This document shows, piece by piece, positions 25,807 to 33,467 of a stretch of 64,000 nucleotides of DNA. Source of the DNA: Candidatus Saccharimonadota bacterium (GTDB lineage Bacteria > Patescibacteriota > Saccharimonadia > Saccharimonadales > SZUA-47). The notes below the pieces were generated by a model, which saw only the letters and a program-made list of their open reading frames with translations, did not search any database and had not been told where the DNA came from. The stretch spans positions 577,449-641,448 of the forward strand of contig CP065013.1 in assembly GCA_016700315.1 (NCBI GenBank), written 5' to 3'. Each line of letters starts with the position of its first letter. The first letter of the stretch is position 1. The translations under genes were made by a program, and so were the position numbers.

Positions 25807-26908
25807 TGTCCTTGTAAGTCCCAAGTCTTTGACCAGCTACTTCTTACGCACACCGGATTGGAGCGTGGCCGTCACGAACGATCGACGCACCATCTTTGAG
25901 CATGTGAGTGGTCAGCGCGCCTTTGTGCCGGGATCGGTAGAGGTGGATTATGCCGAACTTGTTGCCGCGGCCGTCGTCAGCATCGCGGCAGCGGAGAGCC
26001 GAGACGAGCAGGATGTGTGGAGCTCGCTGCTCTGGCAGCGTCGTGATCATCTCCAGGTTCGTCGCCTCACCGCGGATGCGTCGGTATCGCTAGCAACCGG
26101 CTTGGAGATGCACGAGGCTTTGCAAGACCTCATCATTGCTGCGACTAGGTCGTCGATTGCTCCGAACGCACATCATCGCGGCCGTCGGCCGGCAGCCGTC
26201 GATCGATACGTGGAGCAGGTTCGACTCATCCCGTCATTGCCGGGAAGTTTCGTAGTCCGAGCACTTCTTCCGGTTGAACCGCTGTCGGACGACCCACAGC
26301 TGGAATTGGAGGGCTCGGCTATCGCGGTTCCGGAACACAGAGCAGTATCGGACCTTCTGATGAAGGCAACGCGAGTGGCGGTGGCGACGGCGTCGGCAAT
26401 CTCAGGCGGAGGAGAGCTCAATTCGTGGGACGCCGCCGTACCCCAAGGCGTGAGCTCAAATCTCTGTGATGCGTTGGCGCGGCTCACTGGCGGCGGCAGC
26501 GAGGCCATGACCACTGAACTCAGTGTCGGCAGGGCCTGGCAGTCGGGCGTCTCGGATTCCGACATGGTCAGTATCCCCGCCGGGGCATCGCCGGGCCTGG
26601 AGGTTGGCGGTGTGTACTTGCGCTCTCAGTCGGAGCAGCTGGAGATCAGAGCTACCGGCCTAGTCGTCAAGCTTCATCGAGAGAATCAACTTGGTGCGGG
26701 TGAGGTAACGATCCGTGGTGTGATTGAGGGGGCAGACGACTCCGGACGTTCACGTACTGTCAAGGTTCCACTCGACGAGTTGAGCTACAACGAGGCAGTC
26801 CTTGCACATAGGGCCGGTCGCCCAGTCACCGCACGGCTCCAGGTTGTGCCCGGTCCGTCAGGACTTGTCGTTCAGCACGTGCGAAACTGGCGGGTGATCG
26901 ATGACTGA
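25784..26908 (+). CDS. Hypothetical protein, partner of the DUF4365-like gene
   Basis: 374 aa with a GTG start that overlaps the restored upstream gene end. No motif recognised. Confidence 0.5.
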   Translation: MCKVSEDDVLVSPKSLTSYFLRTPDWSVAVTNDRRTIFEHVSGQRAFVPGSVEVDYAELVAAAVVSIAAAESRDEQDVWSSLLWQRRDHLQVRRLTADASVSLATGLEMHEALQDLIIAATRSSIAPNAHHRGRRPAAVDRYVEQVRLIPSLPGSFVVRALLPVEPLSDDPQLELEGSAIAVPEHRAVSDLLMKATRVAVATASAISGGGELNSWDAAVPQGVSSNLCDALARLTGGGSEAMTTELSVGRAWQSGVSDSDMVSIPAGASPGLEVGGVYLRSQSEQLEIRATGLVVKLHRENQLGAGEVTIRGVIEGADDSGRSRTVKVPLDELSYNEAVLAHRAGRPVTARLQVVPGPSGLVVQHVRNWRVIDD

Positions 26909-27093
26909 TATGCGTAGCGACGGGATGCCCTCAGCCGAGCGCTCGTTCGGCTTCAGTTCGTGGTCGATGGTCTGTTGCCCGGGATCGGACGGCAGGTACG
27001 CGAATCGACTGGACTGCCGCACCGGGCACAGCTCAGCCGGTCAACGATCTATATTCGCTACGGGCACTAGGCCGTGGCTCTGGGGAATCAAAA

Positions 27094-27879
27094 ATGAAAA
27101 CCAAACTTGTTCGGCAACTGGTGACGTCTGTTGCTTCGTGGGCGACGTTGCTCGGCTTCGCCCTGGTGTTCAAAGACCCGGCAAGGTCGTTTTCAATTGG
27201 TTGGGTTCTATTGATTGCCTTGAGTGTTGCAGCCCTGTCGGTGAACCTTCTTTACGATGTTAAAGAATATCGAGCCAATCGCTCGCGGATTTTTAAAGAA
27301 GATAAGAACGATAAGTCCAAAAAAGATCGCGAAATCCAGCGCTACATGATTGCCTGGATCAAGTCGGGTGGAAGAACAACGATTCTTACGCGTGACATGT
27401 CCTGGCTAAACGAAGAGGCGCGAGATGAGCTAACCAAAAAGGCCAAGACTGGAGATTTGACCATCCTTGCCCAGGAGCCTGGTGAGGGGGACATACAGGA
27501 GCTTGCGAGACAGGGTGCCCAGGTATACTATTATGGTATGAAAGGCTTTGTTCCTCAGTCGCGGTTCACGATAATCAACGATTCCAAGTTGGGTGCGTGT
27601 GTTTTGATCGGACGTCCAGACAACCAGAACCACGTGATCGAAAAGTACTCAGATCCGATGTCGCCCGTCATTTCGCTGGCAAAGGACCTCGCCGGGTATG
27701 TCAAGAAGTCGCAGAAAAAGCCAAAGAAGAAGTCTCTGCGGCTTACTAAAGATAGCGGGTCAACGGGAGATGTTCGACACGTGAGTGGCAACGGGATGCC
27801 GGAGCCGCTCGATAGCGCCGCCTGTGAAGCATCCGAGCTAACTCAACCCACCTCCGACACCCCAGCGAGCGAACAATGA
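27094..27879 (+). CDS. Two-TM membrane protein with a cytoplasmic domain of unknown function
   Basis: 261 aa. Two N-terminal TM helices, a K-rich linker and a globular domain (IAWIKSGGRTTILTRDMSWL...SRFTIIND...GACVLIG). The layout is reminiscent of a PLD-like fold, but the HxK motif is absent. Locally lower GC. Confidence 0.55.
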   Translation: MKTKLVRQLVTSVASWATLLGFALVFKDPARSFSIGWVLLIALSVAALSVNLLYDVKEYRANRSRIFKEDKNDKSKKDREIQRYMIAWIKSGGRTTILTRDMSWLNEEARDELTKKAKTGDLTILAQEPGEGDIQELARQGAQVYYYGMKGFVPQSRFTIINDSKLGACVLIGRPDNQNHVIEKYSDPMSPVISLAKDLAGYVKKSQKKPKKKSLRLTKDSGSTGDVRHVSGNGMPEPLDSAACEASELTQPTSDTPASEQ

Positions 27880-28667
27880 TCGACCTGGCGGGTGATACAC
27901 GACCTATACGTATGCGGCCGGTTCGGCCTCCCACGCGAGCCGAAGTCTGCGCTCGTTGGGACCTTATTGCCGAGGAACGTGACGGTCAGATCAGAAGTGG
28001 CGTAGATATCAGTATGCGACACGTGATTATCCCTGGGGTCGTTGGGTTGATAAGGAGCGCCCAGCTGGGGAGGCAGACCCGGGTACTCGATGTGGGTTGC
28101 GGGAGCGGTTACTTGACCGAACGTCTCGCTCGGAGGTTTGACACAGTGCTTGGAATAGACCCGTCAGCGCTGTCGATCGAGCTGGCACGTGCTCAACCTA
28201 CGAGAGCGAGCTATATTCAGAGATGGGTTGAGGAAATGTCCGATGACCAACAGTTTGATCTGGTCGTGGCTAATATGGTTTTCATGGATACCCCAGACCT
28301 GGAGTCTACTGTTTCTGCTATTGATCGGTTGGTTGTTCCAGGCGGAACCGTAGTGATCAGCGTCCTGCATCCATGCCATTGGCCATATTACTGGGGCTAC
28401 GCCTATGAAGATTGGTTCGAATACCCAAAGGAAGTTGCCATCGAAGCCACTTTCAGAATTACGAAGGCCATTAGTGAAGTGGAGACCTTTCATTTCCATC
28501 GCCCATTGGAAAGATATTCGGACGTTCTATGCAATCGGGGATTCCTCATAGAAAGATTCGTTGAGCTAATGCCTTCGGCCAAAGTTGCACGGCAATACGG
28601 TACGACTCCGGCTCGCTTTCCTCGATTTCTCGCGGTTCTGGCAAGCAAACCTGAATTACGCGACTGA
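27876..28667 (+). CDS. Class I SAM-dependent methyltransferase
   Basis: 263 aa with motif I VLDVGCGSGYL. ATGA overlap with the upstream gene. Confidence 0.8.
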   Translation: MIDLAGDTRPIRMRPVRPPTRAEVCARWDLIAEERDGQIRSGVDISMRHVIIPGVVGLIRSAQLGRQTRVLDVGCGSGYLTERLARRFDTVLGIDPSALSIELARAQPTRASYIQRWVEEMSDDQQFDLVVANMVFMDTPDLESTVSAIDRLVVPGGTVVISVLHPCHWPYYWGYAYEDWFEYPKEVAIEATFRITKAISEVETFHFHRPLERYSDVLCNRGFLIERFVELMPSAKVARQYGTTPARFPRFLAVLASKPELRD

Positions 28668-29230
28668 CAGAGGCAATTCTGTCCGGGTCGAAGCTGATCA
28701 GTGGTGGCAGATTTGGTCGATGGAGCGTTGCGGGTATGCATGCGCTCGGCGTGGGGGCGGTCCGGACCCCTTTGCCGCCGCCAGGCGCATGCTGGGCCCC
28801 CCCATGGAACAACTTCACACGCATTTCCACGCCGGGCCGTAGAAACCGGGGCGAACGCCGGTTCTCATCTCGGCTCGTCTCTTCGCTGAGGGTTGAGCGG
28901 TGACGCCGACCAGGTTCTCGACCTGTTCGGCATAGAGCACGAGCCCGCAATCGGGCACAGTCCCGTGGTAGCGACGTTCAACCCCGTGGGCTTGCACGAT
29001 CGCAGACATGCGGTCACGGCTGATGCCTACGGAAGCGGCCGTCATCGGAACTTTGGAGGGACTTCGGATTTCACGGTGGAGTGAGCGTGCCGAGCAGGGC
29101 CCAGTTGGGGCGTCCGGCGTAGAGCAGTGACCGGATGCGGTAGTGCTCGAAGTTCCGGATCCCGAATGCGGCTCTACGCGGCCAACGCTGGGTTGCGGCC
29201 TCTGATTCTGTAGGTGGGGACGGTAGTCCA

Positions 29231-29515
29231 TTAGCCCCACAACGTGATGTCTTCGAAGAACGACTTGAGCGCCGACACGGTCCCGTGCTGGCGGGCGATC
29301 GACACCGGTCGCCCGTGGGCGCGTCGTCCTCGTGATGGTCGGGTGTGGTTCCAGGCCAGGAACTCCTCGATCATCTGCCGGTCGAGCTGGTCGAGGCCGG
29401 CGGTGTTGGGGTGGTGGTCGTGGAGCCACATGGCGAACAGCTCGAAGCTGTCGCAGCGGTCCTCGATCGTGGATGGTCGCAGCGTGGTCGAGCAGGCTTG
29501 GAGGTAGCGGTTCAT
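29231..29515 (-). pseudogene. N-terminal SAM-like domain fragment of a tyrosine recombinase
   Basis: MNRYLQACSTTLRPSTIEDRCDSFELFAMWL...IEEFLAWN...VSALKSFFEDITLWG matches phage-integrase N-terminal SAM-like domains. A stop follows WG, and no catalytic domain is recognisable downstream. Confidence 0.5.
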
Positions 29516-29545
29516 TGAACGTGACCCGGAATCCTGGACACGGGG

Positions 29546-30436
29546 TTATGCCAGATTCGGTTGTCCGTGGTCGTGGCGCCATTGGTCAGCGTACTCGGCT
29601 GGGGTGAGGTGGCCGAGGCCGGTCTGGTGGCGTTGCCGGTTGTAGAACACCTCGATGAACTCGAACAAGTAGGCGTGACACTCGGCGCGGGTCGGGAACC
29701 AGATGCTGCCGCGGATCCAGGCGATCTCGACCTTGAGCCTGGCCCAGGCGGTCTCCATCGCGGCGTTGTCGAACGCGTCGCCGGTCGACCCGAACGAGAG
29801 CTGCATGTCGGCGTTCCCGGCAGCGAACGCGAAGTCGAGCGACGTGTACTGCGACCCCTTGTCCGAGTGATGGATCACGTCGCCCGGGTGGCCGGTGCGG
29901 GCCAACGCCATCGTCAACGCCGACACCACGAGAGCGGCGTCCTGGCGGCCGGCGGTGTCCCAGCCGACGATCCCACGATGGAACAGATCCCGGATCCCAG
30001 CGAGATACAGCTTGCCCTCACCGGTCGGGAACTCGGTGATGTCCGCGACCCACCGCTGGTTCGGGGCGACCGCACGGAAGTCGCGGCTCAACAGGTCCGG
30101 GACACCACCGGCATCAGGGCGCCCACGCCGCCACTTCTTGCTGGCGTGTGCGCCGACCAGGCCGTTTGCGCGCATCAACCGGGCGACATGGGACCGGGCG
30201 ACCCGATGCCCGCGGCGTTGCAACTGCCCGAGCATCCGCGGCACCCCATAGGTCTTGCGTGACCGGGCATAGATGTCACGGATCGTCACGAGCAGCGCCT
30301 CGTCGGTGATGTCGCGAGCTGACGGCTTGCGGGTCAGCCACGCGTAGAACGACGAGCGTGGGATCTCGGCGAGTTCACACATCCGCTTGACCGGCAGCTC
30401 GGTCATGTTGTCCTGGACGAAGCGGAAGCGGATCAC
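29546..30436 (-). CDS. IS3-family transposase OrfB (DDE integrase core)
   Basis: 296 aa. WVADITEF...HHSDKGSQYTS...DNAAMETAW contains the DDE/rve motifs. Confidence 0.92.
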   Translation of the reverse strand: MIRFRFVQDNMTELPVKRMCELAEIPRSSFYAWLTRKPSARDITDEALLVTIRDIYARSRKTYGVPRMLGQLQRRGHRVARSHVARLMRANGLVGAHASKKWRRGRPDAGGVPDLLSRDFRAVAPNQRWVADITEFPTGEGKLYLAGIRDLFHRGIVGWDTAGRQDAALVVSALTMALARTGHPGDVIHHSDKGSQYTSLDFAFAAGNADMQLSFGSTGDAFDNAAMETAWARLKVEIAWIRGSIWFPTRAECHAYLFEFIEVFYNRQRHQTGLGHLTPAEYADQWRHDHGQPNLA

Positions 30437-30729
30437 CTCATCGTCTCTCGGGCAAAATATGCGGCCGCCCGACGCAGGATCTCGGTGTCGGTCTCCAACT
30501 CGATCACCTGCCGACGCAACCGGCGCAACTCGTCACGCTCGGACTCCGTCAACTCGTCCGGATCAGCCGCCCGCTGCGTCGCGTCACGGGCCTGCTTGAC
30601 CCAGTTCCACAACGTCCCCTCGCTGATCCCCAACGAACGCGCCACCTCCGCGATCGGGCGCCCCGAGTTCTTCACCAACTCGAGCGCGTCCCGACGAAAC
30701 TTCTCCGGATACTTGCTTGGACGCCCCAT
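30433..30729 (-). CDS. IS3-family transposase OrfA (HTH)
   Basis: 98 aa. KYPEKFRRDALELV..GRPIAEVARSLGISEGTLWNWVKQ plus a leucine-zipper-like tail. Confidence 0.9.
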   Translation of the reverse strand: MGRPSKYPEKFRRDALELVKNSGRPIAEVARSLGISEGTLWNWVKQARDATQRAADPDELTESERDELRRLRRQVIELETDTEILRRAAAYFARETMR

Positions 30730-30797
30730 GACGGGCTCCTTCCTACACGGTCTCCCGCGTAATCAGGTGTCCAAGAAACCGGGTCACGTTCACATCA

Positions 30798-31148
30798 CTA
30801 GAGCGATTCGGGTTGCGGCACCCGGGCGAGCTGGTCGGCGAGGCTGCGATGCCGGGTGTTGGGGTGTGGCGGCTGGTCGTCGAGCAGACCGAGCTGGAAG
30901 CACACCTGCTGCAACGCTCGCAGTCGTCCGTGGAGGACGCGGCGATGGTTCGTGGTCACTGTCGTTGACGCGTCAAGCGCCGTGGTCGTCGACGCGAACA
31001 CCGCGGCGTCGACGTCGTCGAGTCGACGGTTGCTGGTCAAGCAGACGAACGCGAGGCCGATCACACAGACCTGGTCGATCCAGCTGTCGCCCCAACCGAG
31101 CTGGCGGCCGACCAGCAGCGCGCACATGCGCCTAGGATCCGTTTCCAA
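30798..31148 (-). CDS. Hypothetical ORF upstream of the recombinase fragment (uncertain in GC-rich DNA)
   Basis: 116-aa ORF whose stop lies 2 nt before the ATG (30795-30793) that the IS target duplication copies. No motif recognised. Confidence 0.25.
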   Translation of the reverse strand: METDPRRMCALLVGRQLGWGDSWIDQVCVIGLAFVCLTSNRRLDDVDAAVFASTTTALDASTTVTTNHRRVLHGRLRALQQVCFQLGLLDDQPPHPNTRHRSLADQLARVPQPESL

Positions 31149-31301
31149 GCAGGGGCTCCTCGAGACTCAACGACTTCGAACACCGCTGAGAATCACAGAG
31201 CCCCTGTATCGCGTCGCGGATCACCTACGCGGCGATCAACCCACCCTCAGATCCGAAGCGCCACTTTGGAACCTCACCGAGTCAGGCGCTCGCCACCTCC
31301 C

Positions 31302-32378
31302 TCACGCATCGCCGCCCAGCGGCACACTCCCGTCGGCGAACGCCTCGAGCGTCAACGTAGGATCCGACAGAGCGCCCAACGTCGCCCAGCGTTCCCTGGT
31401 GAAGTCCATCACCGTCTGAGCCTGAGGCGGGTTCAGTTCGCTGAGATCGCCACCAAGCTCTGCCAGCACCGTCCACGTGGTGGGCGGAAGGTCGAAGAAG
31501 GACAGGTAAGCGTCATAGGTCTTGGCGCGCTCCTCACGAGCTGAGGCAGCGAACATCGCGACGTACTGTTCTCTGGTCAGGAACCTGAACTCACAACGCT
31601 CCACCACCTCGTGGAACACCCGGCTACCGGGTTGTGAGTCACCAGTCTGAGGATCCTCAAACTGTTGCGTGAACCGGACGGCGGCAGCCACATTGCCGAT
31701 GTATTTCTCCGGCGTCGAGAACTGCTCGACCACTGGAACAGCGGTTGTGACGCCTGTGTCACCCGGCGCTACAGACGTCGTTGTCGACACCGACTCCGTG
31801 GTCGCCTCACCGTCTCGGTTCTTGAAGTCAGGGAAGAGCACCGACCCCTCCACCCACTTCAACGGCTCATCTTGCAAACAGAATCGACCCTCGCTGACCG
31901 CGGCATTCGCATCGATACGCTCCCACAACCGCTTCGATACGTCCTCGAGCGACAACGTCGAACTCGTCACGGCCTTGGTGGATTTAGTTGTGCCGCCTCC
32001 GTTGTTACTTCCGCCGCCGTTATTGCCGCCATTGTTACCACCGCCATTACCACCGCCTTGTGGCTTAGTGGTTGTGGTGCGAGGTGGCTTTACCTTTGTT
32101 GTGGAAGGGTTGTTGACAATACTGGTTTCCGTACAAATACCATTATCGTCCCAATTCACGCAGACACTCCCAGCAGGTCTCATACCCTCTACCTGAACCG
32201 GTGCGGCTTCTACAGCTTTGGGCTCGCTAGCTACTTTTGCTCCAGTTACCAATGCTACGCCTGCAAGTACAGCGCCAACTTTAGCCCCAAAACCTCTTTT
32301 TTCTTTTGTCTTAGCCATAGGCATAGCACCCATCTCTGGGGATCGTGATAATTCGTTGCTTCTGTTGCTTGCACTCAT
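31302..32378 (-). CDS. Secreted or anchored hypothetical protein with a G/N-rich linker
   Basis: 358-aa ORF. The likely start is MAKTKEKRGFGAKVGAVLAGVALV, at about 32318. Contains a GGGNGGGNNGGNNGGGSNNGGG low-complexity tract. Confidence 0.5.
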   Translation of the reverse strand: MSASNRSNELSRSPEMGAMPMAKTKEKRGFGAKVGAVLAGVALVTGAKVASEPKAVEAAPVQVEGMRPAGSVCVNWDDNGICTETSIVNNPSTTKVKPPRTTTTKPQGGGNGGGNNGGNNGGGSNNGGGTTKSTKAVTSSTLSLEDVSKRLWERIDANAAVSEGRFCLQDEPLKWVEGSVLFPDFKNRDGEATTESVSTTTSVAPGDTGVTTAVPVVEQFSTPEKYIGNVAAAVRFTQQFEDPQTGDSQPGSRVFHEVVERCEFRFLTREQYVAMFAASAREERAKTYDAYLSFFDLPPTTWTVLAELGGDLSELNPPQAQTVMDFTRERWATLGALSDPTLTLEAFADGSVPLGGDA

Positions 32379-32776
32379 GGCTTTCTGCTCCTTACCTGAG
32401 CCTTGGGGGTTACGCTCAGATGATTAGTTAGCTTAACTTTGGCCTAGCAGCGCTAGCGGGCATTTTTACTGTCCCGTGCTGACTGCCTGTACCGATCCGT
32501 TTTTGGCGCGTTTTAAGCGTTCGGGCTCTAAGTCCGTCCTGAGCCGCCTCAACAGGCGACTCAGGACGGCCAACCCCCCAGCACCCCCGCCCATCTCTCC
32601 GACACCCTCCATCAAAATCATCGCCTCGCGCACCACGACCCACCAGACAGAACCTCCGACCCTGCCACCCGAGGTCCACCTCAACTCTCACCACACAGCC
32701 CTCCTGCAGCCTCTGCGAGCTTCACACGGCGTCCGACAGAATCACCGATGAGAACGTAACGCATCGCAGCTGCACA

Positions 32777-33226
32777 TCAACCGCCACCAGCCTGGCCACC
32801 TGGATCGCCCACCGCCCCAGCCGACAACAGGGCTTCTCTCGCCCGCTTGCGAGCCCGGATCAGGGTCGTACGACCCATTCCCAGCACAGTTGCAGTCGCC
32901 GTCACGTTCAACCCCGCCGCCGACAGCTCGGCAGCGCGCCGCATGTCCACCACCAACGACTGGTGATACCGGCGATCGACACCGCGCCCCGCCAGGATCT
33001 TCGAGACGGTCCCCCGATTGATCCCGAATCGCCTCGACAACTCATCAATCGTCGCCCCCGACACGTACGCCTCGGCAAGACGATCCCTGTCCGAACCAGA
33101 CAGAGCAGCTCGAACCCGGGCAGGAACCACCACGCGCTCGACCTCATCCGTCTCATCCCGCAACGGTAACCCAACCAGCCGCTGAACGAGTTGCCCCCGG
33201 TACCCGAAGTTTGAGTAACGGCGCAT
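32777..33226 (-). CDS. Helix-turn-helix DNA-binding protein (two HTH units) abutting the right island end
   Basis: ATIDELSRRFGINRGTVSKIL and NVTATATVLGMGRTTLIRARKRA. ATG at 33226 is preferred over the track's TTG at 33238. Confidence 0.55.
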   Translation of the reverse strand: MRRYSNFGYRGQLVQRLVGLPLRDETDEVERVVVPARVRAALSGSDRDRLAEAYVSGATIDELSRRFGINRGTVSKILAGRGVDRRYHQSLVVDMRRAAELSAAGLNVTATATVLGMGRTTLIRARKRAREALLSAGAVGDPGGQAGGG

Positions 33227-33228
33227 CA

Positions 33229-33237
33229 CCCCGACCA
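33229..33237 (+). repeat. Right direct repeat (attR core) CCCCGACCA
   Basis: Identical to 23243-23251. Confidence 0.7.
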
Positions 33238-33276
33238 ACTAATGAATCCAGCATTCTTGCTGGGTTTTTTAGTTGG
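33238..33276 (+). terminator. Displaced native tRNA-Pro terminator
   Basis: CCAACTAA..CCAGCA-TTCT-TGCTGG-GTTTTTT-AGTTGG. It has the same architecture (CCA, A-rich arm, hairpin, T-rich arm, TGG) as the terminators after tRNA-Arg, tRNA-Lys and tRNA-Arg at 42714, 50694 and 53409. Confidence 0.7.
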
Positions 33277-33467
33277 TTATGAATAACTCGAATCTTCGAC
33301 CGACAAGAGGTCGAAAGCCAGGATTGCCAGTTGTAGTTATAAAAATTCGAATCTTTATCAGTAAATTCAGGTTTTGCACATTAACTATCTGTTAGAGGAC
33401 AGTCATCTTTTCCCCAATAAGTTTGGTGATAGCTCACTTTGCCAAGAGATAGGCTATAATTTTATTT

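Larger units (their letters stand above)
29516..30792 (-). mobile_element. IS3-family insertion sequence (1277 bp)
   Basis: 26-bp terminal inverted repeats, TGAACGTGACCCGGAATCCTGGACAC at 29516-29541 and its imperfect complement at 30767-30792 (23 of 26). 3-bp direct target duplication CAT at 29513-29515 and 30793-30795. orfA and orfB are in a -1 frame relationship. Confidence 0.92.
23252..33237. mobile_element. GC-rich genomic island (about 10 kb) integrated at the 3' end of tRNA-Pro; Actinobacteria-like cargo; no intact integrase
   Basis: Base composition changes abruptly at 23251/23252 and returns at 33237/33238. The direct repeat CCCCGACCA lies at both ends. The native AT-rich tRNA terminator follows the right repeat. 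Confidence 0.8.

Noticed and set aside
28690-29230. Catalytic domain of the tyrosine recombinase downstream of the N-terminal fragment
   Set aside because: None of the three minus-strand frames shows the R..HxxR..Y catalytic pattern. The region appears degenerate, so only the N-terminal fragment is reported.
29561-32348. Many long plus-strand ORFs in the island (for example 29561..30262, 30485..31135, 30856..31419, 31665..32348)
   Set aside because: They are antisense to the IS3 transposase or to better-supported genes. Long stop-free frames are expected in GC-rich DNA, and these have Arg/Pro/Gly-rich nonsense composition.
23252-33237. The GC-rich block as a chimeric assembly artefact rather than an island
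   Set aside because: Not fully excluded. It is disfavoured because the junctions coincide with a tRNA 3' end, a 9-bp direct repeat, and the displaced native terminator that matches the design of other tRNA terminators here. Read-level confirmation is needed.
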